In this document: in pieces, positions 15,869-26,200 of the stretch
Layout of the letters: every line of letters starts with the position of its first letter
Position numbering within the stretch: the first letter of the stretch is position 1
DNA from: Planctomycetaceae bacterium
GTDB lineage: Bacteria > Planctomycetota > Planctomycetia > Pirellulales > UBA1268
Reading direction: 5' to 3'
Assembly: GCA_002862165.1 (NCBI GenBank)
Contig: PKCL01000487.1
Coordinates: forward strand, 1 to 35,970
DNA length: 35,970 bases
Position numbers and translations under genes: made by a program
Notes under the pieces: generated by a model
Database searches by the model: none
What the model was told of the DNA's origin: nothing
What the model saw: the letters and a program-made list of their open reading frames with translations, nothing else

Positions 15869-17047
15869 TCACTGCGAACGCGATGAAGCGACATCCCTCG
15901 CCTGACGGGCGCACGCTATAGCCTCCGCCGTCGTTTCTGCAGTGACGGTAATGTGACCCATCTTGCGGCCTGGACGTGGTTCTTTTTTTCCATACAGATG
16001 GAGGTTTGCTCCCGGCAGAGCAAGAACACCTCCCCAATCAGGCACACCCGCATGCCAACAATCACCAAGTACATTTGCCATCGCTGCTGGAGTAAGAGGA
16101 GCTGTGACACCGAGTGGCAATCCACAGATAGCTCGTACCTGTTGTTCAAATTGGCTAGTTGGACAGGACTCAATCGTCAGGTGTCCAGAGTTATGAGTTC
16201 GCGGTGCAATCTCATTCACAAGAAGACAATTTTCCTGTGTTAAGAAAAACTCTATGCATGACACACCAACAACTTGCAACTCCGCGAGGACTATCGCTGC
16301 AAGATGCTCAGCCTCACCCAAGACTTCTGCTGGTAACTCAGCGGGGCACGAACTGACGTCAAGAATATGATTCCTATGTTCATTCCGAATTGCAGGAAAT
16401 GCGACAACAGCACCGTCGAGACCTCGCGCTGCAACAACGGACAGCTCACACTGAAAATCAATCCACTCTTCAAGGACACACGTTGCTCTACCGAGCCGCT
16501 CCCATGCATGACCTATATCAGAAGTTGTTTTTATGATTTCCTGCCCCTTTCCGTCATACCCAAAGGCTGCTGTTTTGAGAACAGCTGGCAATCCGATGAC
16601 TCCTGCGGCATCGTGCAACTCTTTCTCTGATCGAACGACGGCGTGGCGGCCACAGGGAATACCTCGATCTACCAGAAATGCTTTCTCACGCTCACGGTTC
16701 TGTGTTGTGTAAAGCACCTCTGGACAAGGACGAACCGGAACCTCTGCCTTGAGAGTCTCTCCAGCTGCGGCCGGTACATTTTCAAACTCGAAGGTTACAA
16801 CTGAGAGATCTTTGGCTGCTTGAGCAAGAAATGATAGGTCTGTATAGCTTCCAACATGAAGTCGGTCAGCATGACGAGCAGCCGGACAATTCTCCGTATC
16901 AGTAATCACAGCAACTCGATACCCCATACTGCGAGCAGCCATCGCAAACATTGCCCCTAGCTGGCCACCACCTAGAACCCCAAGCAGAGCCCCTGGCATG
17001 ATCGGATATGCCTGGTCAGCGTCATTATCCATAAGGACACCCCACAT
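15869..17047 (-). CDS. purK: N5-carboxyaminoimidazole ribonucleotide synthase
   Basis: ATP-grasp layout: LGVLGGGQLGAMFA, GLPAVLKTAAFGYDGKGQ, NEIAPRTHNSGH, GKKEPRPGRKMGHITV. Lies 14 nt downstream of purE. Confidence 0.92.
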   Translation of the reverse strand: MWGVLMDNDADQAYPIMPGALLGVLGGGQLGAMFAMAARSMGYRVAVITDTENCPAARHADRLHVGSYTDLSFLAQAAKDLSVVTFEFENVPAAAGETLKAEVPVRPCPEVLYTTQNREREKAFLVDRGIPCGRHAVVRSEKELHDAAGVIGLPAVLKTAAFGYDGKGQEIIKTTSDIGHAWERLGRATCVLEEWIDFQCELSVVAARGLDGAVVAFPAIRNEHRNHILDVSSCPAELPAEVLGEAEHLAAIVLAELQVVGVSCIEFFLTQENCLLVNEIAPRTHNSGHLTIESCPTSQFEQQVRAICGLPLGVTAPLTPAAMANVLGDCWHAGVPDWGGVLALPGANLHLYGKKEPRPGRKMGHITVTAETTAEAIACARQARDVASSRSQ

Positions 17048-17061
17048 TCTGTGTCAGAGAA

Positions 17062-17586
17062 TTACGTACCTGAGGAAAGATTGTCGGCGAGCACTCGTTC
17101 TGTCTGCGACTTTCGATACGTACAAAAACGATCTCGCAACGCCTCGTCATGGAGCGACAGAATGGACACTGCAAGAAGTGCTGCATTTGCTGCACCGGCG
17201 TTGCCGATTGCAAGGGTCCCAACAGGTATGCCTGCTGGCATCTGAACAATCGACAGCAACGAATCAACACCCCGAAGAACCGCTGACTCGACAGGCACAC
17301 CAAGTACTGGGAGGTGCGTCTGGGCTGCGACCATGCCCGGAAGATGGGCTGCGCCTCCGGCACCTGCAATTATGACTTGCAGCCCTCTCTCAGCAGCACT
17401 ACGAGCGTATTCTGTCAGTTTCTCTGGTGTGCGATGAGCGGACACAATTTCACATTCGTGAGGCACGCCAAGTTCGCTCAGAACCGCCGCTGCCCGCTCA
17501 AGCGTTTTCCAATCTGATTTGCTACCCATAATGACACCGACAACAGGGGACTTCGAGCCCTGAGAAGACTGTGAAGACATTGTCAT
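17062..17586 (-). CDS. purE: N5-carboxyaminoimidazole ribonucleotide mutase
   Basis: [54 protein letters not shown] at 17586. Confidence 0.95.
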   Translation of the reverse strand: MTMSSQSSQGSKSPVVGVIMGSKSDWKTLERAAAVLSELGVPHECEIVSAHRTPEKLTEYARSAAERGLQVIIAGAGGAAHLPGMVAAQTHLPVLGVPVESAVLRGVDSLLSIVQMPAGIPVGTLAIGNAGAANAALLAVSILSLHDEALRDRFCTYRKSQTERVLADNLSSGT

Positions 17587-17624
17587 AAAAAGCTCCAGAA
17601 AACGGGTTGCCTAGTCTGCAGAAG

Positions 17625-18749
17625 ATGCCATCATGCTCGGAGTACCCTTTCACTGCAACCGTCAACGCTATGACACCAGTTCCCGTACGACGTCCGCCCC
17701 TTCCAATACTCGCCACAATCGATTGGCCGGAGGGTGTTGTGACTCCGGAGCCGAAGACCGCTGCAGCATTGGCTGCAGCAGCGGAGAGGCTTGCGACAGG
17801 CCAACTTGTGGCCATTCCTACTGAGACCGTCTACGGCCTGGCTGCAAATGCAATGGACCCTGATGCTGTTGCTCAGATCTTTTATGCAAAAGGTCGCCCG
17901 GCGACAAATCCACTCATTGTGCATGTTTCAGACACAGATATGGCTCGCTCTTTGGCTTCTCAGTGGCCGGATACTGCTGAAAGAGCCGCTCGTGCTTTCT
18001 GGCCTGGACCATTAACCTTAGTTGTTCCAAAAGCCAAATCAGTACCGGATATTGTTACTGCCAATGGTCACACTGTTGCACTACGATGTCCTGGTCTCAC
18101 TGTTTCTCGGCGTCTGATTGAACTGGCAAAGTGTCCCATTGCGGCTCCGAGCGCAAATCGATCAGAGGCTGTGTCTCCGACAACGGCACACCACGTACTT
18201 GAAGGACTGGGTCATCGAGTAGGTATGATTCTTGATGGTGGACCCTGTGAACATGGGCTGGAATCAACAGTCCTCGATTGCACGGTGGACCCGCCTACGA
18301 TTCTTCGGCCCGGGCCAATATCTGCTCAGCAACTTGCCCAAGCACTCGGTGTACAAATTCATTCATCGAAAGAGGTCTGTGTAAAGCAGGGCAGGGAACG
18401 CCGTGAGGCTCTACGAAGCCCTGGCAGCCAGCCTCGACATTACGCCCCTCGCACCCGCCTCACACTCGCCGAGGATGCAACAACGCTCATTCCAGAACTT
18501 CTTGAGGCAGGGCACCGCGTCGGCTGGCTCTCTCGCTCGCCTCACACCGCTGCTGTAGCGGCACTTGCAGCGTCACCAAGTCTCATTGTCATCCCCATGC
18601 CAGAAGACCCTGCAGGGTACGCACGCAGCCTCTACGCCACACTCCACGCCCTCGACCAGCGCGGCCTTGATTACCTGGTTGTTGATACAGTCCCTACGGA
18701 TTCCGACTGGGCAGCCGTTCACGACCGCCTCGAGCGAGCAGCCACGTGA
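17625..18749 (+). CDS. tsaC: L-threonylcarbamoyladenylate synthase, Sua5-type (YrdC domain + Sua5 C-terminal domain)
   Basis: VAIPTETVYGLAANA, KGRPATNPLIVHV, PGPLTLV, IAAPSANRSEAVSPT, and C-terminal SPGSQPRHYAP. The start is uncertain: TTG 17607, ATG 17625 or ATG 17670. Confidence 0.88.
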   Translation: MPSCSEYPFTATVNAMTPVPVRRPPLPILATIDWPEGVVTPEPKTAAALAAAAERLATGQLVAIPTETVYGLAANAMDPDAVAQIFYAKGRPATNPLIVHVSDTDMARSLASQWPDTAERAARAFWPGPLTLVVPKAKSVPDIVTANGHTVALRCPGLTVSRRLIELAKCPIAAPSANRSEAVSPTTAHHVLEGLGHRVGMILDGGPCEHGLESTVLDCTVDPPTILRPGPISAQQLAQALGVQIHSSKEVCVKQGRERREALRSPGSQPRHYAPRTRLTLAEDATTLIPELLEAGHRVGWLSRSPHTAAVAALAASPSLIVIPMPEDPAGYARSLYATLHALDQRGLDYLVVDTVPTDSDWAAVHDRLERAAT

Positions 18750-18800
18750 CCCCTTGCTACGATGAGCATCGACGTAGAGCCCCCGTGCCGAGGCCTCGCG

Positions 18801-18830
18801 TTGACAACCGGGCGAAACGATTCTACTAAT
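18801..18830 (+). promoter_or_regulatory. Possible sigma70-type promoter for tRNA-Phe
   Basis: TTGACA (18801-18806), a 17-nt spacer, then TACTAAT (18824-18830), ~50 nt upstream of the tRNA. The -10 element is imperfect. Two 6-bp mini-hairpins (TTATTC-ttc-GAATAA and TGTGGG-ttt-CCCACA) lie between it and the tRNA. Confidence 0.3.
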
Positions 18831-18879
18831 GTGGTTATTCTTCGAATAATTGTGGGTTTCCCACACCTTTTGAAGATCG

Positions 18880-18952
<73 letters not shown>

Positions 18953-19005
18953 CTTTTCACACAGGAGGCTGTTGAGACCGCTTCCTAACAGCCGCAAACA
19001 CGTCG

Positions 19006-20526
19006 TTATATGCCTTCTCTGGCCCAACGCTTGTAGATTTCTACGTTTGCACGATATTTTTTCCGTGCTGTTTCATTTTTCATATCTTTGAGCTGATCTT
19101 CAGTTTCCAGCACGTAGACGTCGTCAGACTCGGCACCAGGATCTTCTGTCCGTCTGATCCATTCGTTGAGCATCTGGCGATGACGAACCAGCTCGTCCAC
19201 ATACTTTCTGTTTTCGGCCAGATTGTGAATCTGCCACCTGTCTTGGTGGTACGAATAGAGTTCTTCCGCAGGACGGCACGGTGAGAACAAGAGCTTCTCT
19301 CCGAGCTCACCGATCCCTTCATCTGCATGAAGTTCTCGGAGCCGCTGAATGATCAACTTGCTGTCTTTGTAGTTACTTGGCATCAGGTGCGGCCGATCAG
19401 GAAAAAAATTCTTTATGTAGAGAAAGTCTTCACTGCGCACCGATCGAATTCGATCAACGGCCTCTCCACACCTATCTCGAGCAGCAAAGACTGCATGCTT
19501 GGGCTGAAAATCTTCTGCAAGAATATTTTGGCCCTGCATCCAATCCGGAATGGTTATGCCTGCTGCCGCAAGGGACAGGGCTGCTATATCAATATGCTCG
19601 ACCAGATCAGTCCGAACATGCCCTGCCTGTACCTGTCGGCCTCGGATAACCAAAGGTATATGCGTTCCTTCGTCGTATAAAAACTGCTTGCCACGGGCAT
19701 GACTCAACCCATGATCAGTGAAGAACACAATCAGCGTATTCTCAAGCAAGCCCTCCTGTTCAAGCCGCTCTAGCACGCGTCCGACGTGATGATCCGTTAC
19801 GCGGACTGAATCAAGATACAGGGCCCAATCTTTCAAAAGAATGTGATCCGCCGGGTAGTACGGAGGCAACAGAACATCACCAGAATCTGTAACCCCTCCC
19901 ACCAGGTTCTTCACCTGCTGCTCAAAAGCCGCATACCCTCCGGCTGAGCCACCTCGAAGTTTTCCTCCATGCAGTTGTACCTGCATGAAAAAAGGCTGCC
20001 CTGCGAGACGTCCGGACCAGTCATTGTCATCGTACATCGAAGACTTCCAATCAAAGTTATAGTCCGTTTTCCCCATTCGTTCGCGCGACCGATCTGTCAG
20101 CGGCTGACTACGGTAATCGAGGTCGAGCAAACCACTTCCAATACACGTGTAGTACCCAGCCTCTTGGAAAAGCTCTGGTACTGGCCTCACGCCCGCAGGC
20201 AAAGAAATACGATGCTTTCCTCGGCCACTTCGATGATGGTGTGTCCCTGTTGCTGTTTGATACATCCCAGTGATCAGAGCAGACCGAAAGGTTGAGCATA
20301 CGGGTGACGTGGCATACGCACGCGTGAACCGTACGCCCTCGGCTGCCACGCGATCTACATGTGGTGTCTGAATGGCTGTCTCGCCATAACACGAGAAATT
20401 CGGGGACATGTCATCGACCACAATCCAGACCACATTTGGACGTTCTGCTGCTTTCGCCTGCAAGAGAACGAATAACGACAAAAAGAAAGCAAGCAGAACT
20501 ACGTGAAGACGAATGAACAGTCTCAT
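19006..20526 (-). CDS. Sulfatase family protein with a non-canonical active-site motif (C-S-T-F-R)
   Basis: Signal peptide MRLFIRLHVVLLAFFLSLFVLLQAKA from the ATG at 20526; the track start 20598 is a TTG. Blocks VVWIVVDDMSPN, SPVCSTFRSALITGMY and FFTDHGLSHARGK. Confidence 0.85.
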   Translation of the reverse strand: MRLFIRLHVVLLAFFLSLFVLLQAKAAERPNVVWIVVDDMSPNFSCYGETAIQTPHVDRVAAEGVRFTRAYATSPVCSTFRSALITGMYQTATGTHHHRSGRGKHRISLPAGVRPVPELFQEAGYYTCIGSGLLDLDYRSQPLTDRSRERMGKTDYNFDWKSSMYDDNDWSGRLAGQPFFMQVQLHGGKLRGGSAGGYAAFEQQVKNLVGGVTDSGDVLLPPYYPADHILLKDWALYLDSVRVTDHHVGRVLERLEQEGLLENTLIVFFTDHGLSHARGKQFLYDEGTHIPLVIRGRQVQAGHVRTDLVEHIDIAALSLAAAGITIPDWMQGQNILAEDFQPKHAVFAARDRCGEAVDRIRSVRSEDFLYIKNFFPDRPHLMPSNYKDSKLIIQRLRELHADEGIGELGEKLLFSPCRPAEELYSYHQDRWQIHNLAENRKYVDELVRHRQMLNEWIRRTEDPGAESDDVYVLETEDQLKDMKNETARKKYRANVEIYKRWAREGI

Positions 20527-20594
20527 CTTTGGGCAATAACCTTCCATCTCAAGTCTATTGCATTTGAAAAAATTTATTTCATCTTTGATTGCAT

Positions 20595-22370
20595 TCAATC
20601 CACACGAGTCAGTAGCAATAGACGAAAATCCATCACCCTATCACCAGGGATTTTTTTCGCTCGCAGCATCAAGGTGCCTTCACCTTCCTCAAGCTGAATT
20701 TTACCAAGAGTCATCCTCTTAAAATCCTTGACGTAAGACTCCATTCGTTCGAATCTGTCATTTTCCATTCCTGCAAGCGGTGGATTATGAGGAACAGTTA
20801 TTTCTCCGGTGAGCGAACTGTCTCCAAAGACCAGCTCAACGGTAGAACCGACATCCTCTTTGGGACAGGTGTAAAAAATCTCAGCGCGGTAGAGTCCAGC
20901 AGCACCAACCTCACATTCCCATGAAATAAAATCGTCGACCGTTGTCCAATTTTCAAAAAAAGTGTCATTTGGAAATCGGTTCGATCTCTCGATATTGCCA
21001 TGTCCGACGCCATCACGAGCTGGAACCTGTGTTAATCGCGCGCCCTCATACCCCACGACAAACGGCCGACCATCGAATGGCTTGCCATACTCTGAAAGCA
21101 TTTGCTGGCGAAAGCCGTCCGCTTTTTCTTGAAGAGCCGCTGCCATCTCTGGCTGTGAATCATTGAGCCCAACCTGCTGCCCCGGGTCCTTATTGATGTC
21201 ATACAGCTGCCCCTCGTAATCAAGGCGAAACTGCTGCGCCCTGACAGAAACCTTATCTTTCCAATGGTGCACGAGTGTTCTATCCACCCAGGAAGATTTC
21301 TTGTTGAGCAGGAGTGGCACAATGCTCAGGCCATCTATCGGCTTTGCGGTGACAACCTCAACGCCCGCCAAGTCTGCAAGAGTTGGCAGCAGATCCATCG
21401 CTGAGCATATCTGCGTTACAACAGTGCCCGCTGCAATGACCCCGGGCCAACACATAACCAGTGGAGACCTCACACCCCCTTCATCCGTCGACCCTTTACG
21501 ACCACGTAGCCCATCATTCCACCGGGAACCATTTGGGCCATTGTCACTGAAGTACACAACAATCGTATCCTTCTCTAAGTCCAGCTCTCTAAGCTTCGAC
21601 AGGAGCCGGCCTACGTTCCAGTCGATATTTTCACACATTGCGAGTGCGGCTCGCGTGTGGTCAATTTTCTCATTTTTCTTTTTTGAGTATTCTTGAGTGA
21701 TCTCTTTATTCTTGAACTCATTCCACCACCTATCCGGCACCTGCATTGGTGAATGCGGCGTGTTGTATGGGAGGTAAACAAAAAATGGACTTGAGTGCTC
21801 GCCTTCAATGAATTCAATAGCACGGTTTGTCAGGTCATCTGGCAGGTATCCATCTCCTTGGACAAGCTGCCCATTGTGCTCGAGCATTGGACTGAAGTAG
21901 TTTCCCCAGTGGCCCGAACAGAAACCGTAGAACTCGTCAAAGCCTCGCCCATTGGGATGATACGGATGCTGCATGCCACTATGCCACTTACCAAAGGCTC
22001 CGGTTCGGTATCCAGCTTTTTTGAAAACCTCACCGATCATTGTCTCATCTGCATTCACGCGTTCACCACCCTCGGAGGTGGAGTACACGCCACAGCGAAC
22101 GTGATGCCTGCCAGTTAAAAACTCTGCACGCGTCGGAGAACAGACTGGGCTGACGTAGAAGTGCTGAAAACGTGCCCCATCAGTCGCTAGTTGATCGATA
22201 TGCGGTGTCTCGATGGACATGTTCCCGTTGAGGCTTAAGTCTCCCCATCCTTGATCATCGGTAAGAATCACGATGACATTCGGCTGTTCGGCTTTTCCAA
22301 CCTCATGGCAGAAGCACACACAAACAAAGAAAAATACACCTTGAGAAAGAACTTCTTGAAAAAGATTCAT
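20595..22370 (-). CDS. Sulfatase (arylsulfatase/GalNAc-sulfatase-like) with an extra C-terminal beta-sandwich-like domain
   Basis: VIVILTDDQGWGD, FGly motif SPVCSPTRAEFLTGRHH, YFSDNGP. About 130 extra C-terminal residues (WTTVDDFISWECEVGAAGLYRAEIFYTC...LGKIQLEEGEGTLMLRA) resemble a carbohydrate-binding-type module. ATG at 22370; the GTG at 22373 is one codon upstream. Confidence 0.88.
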   Translation of the reverse strand: MNLFQEVLSQGVFFFVCVCFCHEVGKAEQPNVIVILTDDQGWGDLSLNGNMSIETPHIDQLATDGARFQHFYVSPVCSPTRAEFLTGRHHVRCGVYSTSEGGERVNADETMIGEVFKKAGYRTGAFGKWHSGMQHPYHPNGRGFDEFYGFCSGHWGNYFSPMLEHNGQLVQGDGYLPDDLTNRAIEFIEGEHSSPFFVYLPYNTPHSPMQVPDRWWNEFKNKEITQEYSKKKNEKIDHTRAALAMCENIDWNVGRLLSKLRELDLEKDTIVVYFSDNGPNGSRWNDGLRGRKGSTDEGGVRSPLVMCWPGVIAAGTVVTQICSAMDLLPTLADLAGVEVVTAKPIDGLSIVPLLLNKKSSWVDRTLVHHWKDKVSVRAQQFRLDYEGQLYDINKDPGQQVGLNDSQPEMAAALQEKADGFRQQMLSEYGKPFDGRPFVVGYEGARLTQVPARDGVGHGNIERSNRFPNDTFFENWTTVDDFISWECEVGAAGLYRAEIFYTCPKEDVGSTVELVFGDSSLTGEITVPHNPPLAGMENDRFERMESYVKDFKRMTLGKIQLEEGEGTLMLRAKKIPGDRVMDFRLLLLTRVD

Positions 22371-22471
22371 CACATACTCTCCTCTTCAGATAACTTTTGT
22401 CATCAGGGCTGTGCCATGCGTACATTTGCCCTCTGCCACTTTTCATGTGGCCGACAGTCTTGGCCTTACAG

Positions 22472-22506
22472 AAAAAAAAACGGGTGTCACAAGATGTGTC
22501 ACCCGT
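22472..22506 (-). terminator. Rho-independent terminator of the HU gene
   Basis: On the minus strand there is a 12-bp hairpin (ACGGGTGACACA-tct-TGTGACACCCGT, one mismatch) followed directly by a T8-9 run (the A run at 22472-22480 on the plus strand). It lies ~45 nt after the HU stop. Confidence 0.8.
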
Positions 22507-22550
22507 TTCTTTACAAATGCTTTGTAGACAACTCGAAGTTGTCATTCTGA

Positions 22551-22880
22551 CTAAACTTCGACCATTGCCTTCAAGTTCTTCAGAGCACGAACGCGAACCT
22601 TTACACTCGCTGGCTTTGCAGGACGATCCTGAAGTTCACCAGTAAAAGGATTCTTCACATTCTTTTGTGCAGGCCGTGCTGGAACTGCGCGACGTTCAAT
22701 CTTGACCAAACCAGGAATCGAGAATACACCGATTCCGCTTTTGCGAAGTGCGTTACCGATTTCCTCAGTTAACGATTCGACGACTGCAACGACGTCTTTC
22801 TTCGGCAAACCTGTGGTTTCTGAGATCGCACGCATGATCTCAGTCTTTGTCATTGGCTTACTTCCAGTCTTTTTCGCCAT
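22551..22880 (-). CDS. HU/IHF-family histone-like DNA-binding protein with a short basic N-terminal extension
   Basis: MTKTEIMRAISETTGLPKKDVVAVVESL, the beta-arm RRAVPARPAQKNVKNPFTGE and KVRVRALKNLK. The ATG at 22880 is preceded by GGGAGG 11 nt upstream; the longer track start 22922 is unsupported. Confidence 0.85.
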   Translation of the reverse strand: MAKKTGSKPMTKTEIMRAISETTGLPKKDVVAVVESLTEEIGNALRKSGIGVFSIPGLVKIERRAVPARPAQKNVKNPFTGELQDRPAKPASVKVRVRALKNLKAMVEV

Positions 22881-22975
22881 TATCGTTCGTGCCTCCCGTA
22901 CGAGAAAAGTTTTGTGCGGCAAATAACCCCGACCGCATTTCGGTGCTCGACCGAAAACGGCCGCTTGCGGCGTCG

Positions 22976-23003
22976 ATTAGAGGCATTACCCGTAAAAATG
23001 CAA
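22976..23003 (-). promoter_or_regulatory. Possible promoter of the HU gene
   Basis: Minus strand: TTGCAT (22998-23003), a 16-nt spacer, then TCTAAT (22976-22981), ~95 nt upstream of the ATG. The AT-rich palindrome lies just upstream of the -35 element. Confidence 0.3.
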
Positions 23004-23006
23004 GGG

Positions 23007-23050
23007 AAAACAGTGTTTTTTTATGTAATTAGCCAAAAAAGCACTGTTTT
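23007..23050. other. 44-nt AT-rich palindrome/hairpin in the HU / giant-gene divergent intergenic region
   Basis: AAAACAGTG-T-TTTTTT [atgtaattagcc] AAAAAA-G-CACTGTTTT gives 16 pairing positions (one G-T) and a 12-nt loop. It is symmetric, so it forms on either strand. Confidence 0.6.
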
Positions 23051-23245
23051 TTGGGTACTGACCAACAAAAAACCCCTCGGCAAAGGGGCGATTTGCCGGC
23101 ACACCTCCGCATTGAGGACCCTTGTCGCATTTCGAAGAAGAACTTTGGCTGGTTCAGAAAACAGACACAAACAGACCTCTGCTGCAATAATGAAGAAGAA
23201 CCATAACGACTCCACGTGTGGAAGGCTCAGTTGCGGAGCGAGTTC

Positions 23246-26200
23246 ATGAAAGACGTAGATAAAATCATCGTGACTTCACCAAAAGAAACTAAAACCGCTT
23301 GGCATCGACCAAGGATTTCAGCACGCGTCTGCTGCGTTGTTGCGTTTGCTTTGTGTGGGCTACTCGTTCTTGGAATCCGTGTTCCGAACATTACCCATTC
23401 TCTTCGATACGCATTTTTTCCCCTTGTACGGGCTGATGATTCTGCCGAAGCAGAATCATCAGAACTCGTAGTGAGCAACGGCGTATATCTGCCAAGTGAA
23501 CGACTTCGTGAACGCCAATTCGACCAAGCTCGACGACTCATTGCCGGTGGCAGAATGGCAGATGCCACAGCACTCCTTGATGAAATGCTGACAGCCGAAC
23601 AAGACGTTTTCCTAGAGGGTGATAGCGCAAGTGAACAGACTCGTCGTAGTATGAAAACGATGGTGACGGAACTTATCGGTGAACTTCCTGAAGCAGGAAG
23701 TAAGGCATATCAACTTCAATTCAGAACACGTGCAGCTCGCGACCTTCAAAAAGCTCTGAATGAGAATAACAACGAAGCAATCATTGCCGTTGCGAGGCGG
23801 TGGTTTCACACTGAGGCCGGGCATCGTTCCGCAATTCTTACAGCAGCAAGGCTCCTTGAATCGGGTCAGCCGCTCGCGGCTGAGGCCTGGCTGGAACGCA
23901 TCGCTGCCAGCCCGAGGACAAACCTTCCCGACACACTGCTACCGACATTCAAACTTATGCAGGCAGCAACAACGATTGCAATCGATCCACATGACAAGAC
24001 GAAGGCCCAACAACTCCTCGAAGACATCAAAGGTTCAGCACGACTCGGTGGGGAACTCCTGCCTGAACGCAACCTGCAGCGTGACCAGCTTCTTATCTCG
24101 AAATTGATAGGAGCTACATCTGGACCAGATACTGACCTCACTCTTGCATCAGAAAACTGGGCAATGAGTCGAGGAAGACCAAACCGAAATCCAATTCGGC
24201 CATGTGATCGGCCGCTTCTGGTTCCTCGTTTCAGGGTACCCCTTACGCTCCATCCACAGGAGCAGCGACTGCTTACACAAAGAAGCGAATTGCTCGCCGA
24301 ACAAGGCCTCCCTATTTTCCCCGCAGGCACACCACTTGCTGTTGGTAATTCACTCCTTGTTCAATCGCGGGCAGGTGTCATGGCAATCGACTTTGAGTCC
24401 GGAAAAAGAACGTGGATAGAGGGACGATTAGCGAATTCAGCAATTGCTAACAACGCACCGAATGAGTTTGAAGAACAAGGCACACATCCACTCGATGAAC
24501 TTTTCTACGACTCGACTTCTTCAACACTTTCGAGTGACGGAGAACTTGTGTTCGTTGTCGAGCAAGACGTGCTACAGATCTCTCGAGAACGTTTGCGGCA
24601 GCCCGGACGTTCACGCCCTATTGAAAATAGCAATCGACTTGTTGCTTATGACATTGCCCAAGAAGGAAAACTCCGCTGGCAACTCCCACGAGTGAACGAA
24701 CAGCCTAAGTCCCGCTGGTTTTTGGGAAGCCCCTTGCCGCTCGGCAAGGAGCTTTACGTTCTTGTTGAAGAACGACAGCAAATCCGGCTTGATGTTTTAT
24801 CATCTGCCACAGGCGACACACTATGGTCACAACCCCTGGCCGAGATTGATGTCGAGTACGACATCAACAACCGAAATGATCGGAAACAACTCGGTCTCTC
24901 ACCTGCCTTTGCTGAAGGTACTCTTGTCTGTCCCACAGGCGCTGGTGCAGCAATCGCTGTAGATCTGGCCGCCCGCACACTTCGCTGGGCATACCGATTT
25001 AATGTTCCAAAACCAGATGACGTTCGAAGACTCGCAAACGGTATCCGGCTAAGAATGCCTGGCTTTGCAGGCGTTATGGCTGGGATGCAAATCAAGGCTA
25101 CCGGAGAAGGCAACACCAGCGGGGGCAAATGGCTTGATGCACTACCAACTATTTCTGGAAACAAAGTAATTCTCACGCCAGCTGGCTCAGAATTTCTTCA
25201 TTGCGTGAATATCCGGACCGGTGAAGCCATCTGGCAGTCACCACGTACTCATTTCGTAAATGTTGCTGGCATTATTGACCGCATGGTCATTGTGCTTGGC
25301 CAAAAAGAAGTCGCAGCCGTTTCACTTGATGACGGAAAAATAATCTGGAAGCAAGGCATTGGACTGAATGACGAAATAATTTGCGGCCGAGGCATTCTCA
25401 CCAACAATCGTCTCTATGTACCGACCAATGCTCCAGCAGTTGCTGAAATCAACCTTTCAACCGGTAAGTTAGTTGCCACTTCTCTCGGGCGAGGGTCCGC
25501 ACCTCTTGGCAACCTTGTCTCGTACCGTGGTGAAGTCATTTCACAGGGTCTCGACTTTCTCGATGTGTACCATCAGACCGCTAATCTTGAGCGGAACATT
25601 GAAACAGCACTCGACCAAGATTCGATGGACCTTTGGGCTCTCCATTGGCGAGGAGAATTAAACCTGTCCAAAGGAAACACGTCCGAAGGCTTGAACGATA
25701 TTCGACGCGTACATGGACCCGCGGGCCCCAAACCTTCTGCTTCTACCGTTAGCCAGGCAATTGAATTTGCACTGAAAAATGATTTTGCTGGTGCTGCTGC
25801 CTCGTGGTCAGAAGGTGCCGAACTAGCACCGTCACAACAAATGGCAGCGAGCATCCGCCGGCTCGCGGTAGATGGGTTCCTCGAAGCACGTAAGCCTGAG
25901 AAAGCCTGGGACGTGTGCCAGGACTACCTTCAATTAGCAAGCTTAGAAACACTACCTGAAAACGAAGACTTAATACACGACCGTGAGGACTCTTCGCTCT
26001 GGATCGGATCGAGCCGCTGGTTCCAAAGGAAACTCAAGCAAATCCTTCAATCCCACGAAATTGCTCCTAAGGGATCAACAACCAAAACACTACGGCAAAA
26101 AATTGATCAGGAAGAAAAGCTTGCTTTAAATAAGGCGGCGAGAATCTCTGACCTCGAAATGCGTCGTGTTGCCTTAGAGACTTTCATAGACCGGTTCGGC

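Noticed and set aside
23021-23215. The minus-strand 64-aa ORF, and a 16-codon mini-ORF (ATG at 23204), in the HU / giant-gene intergenic region
   Set aside because: The 64-aa ORF has a GTG start, no ribosome-binding site and a hydrophobic low-complexity translation. It spans the hairpin elements, and there is no evidence it is coding.
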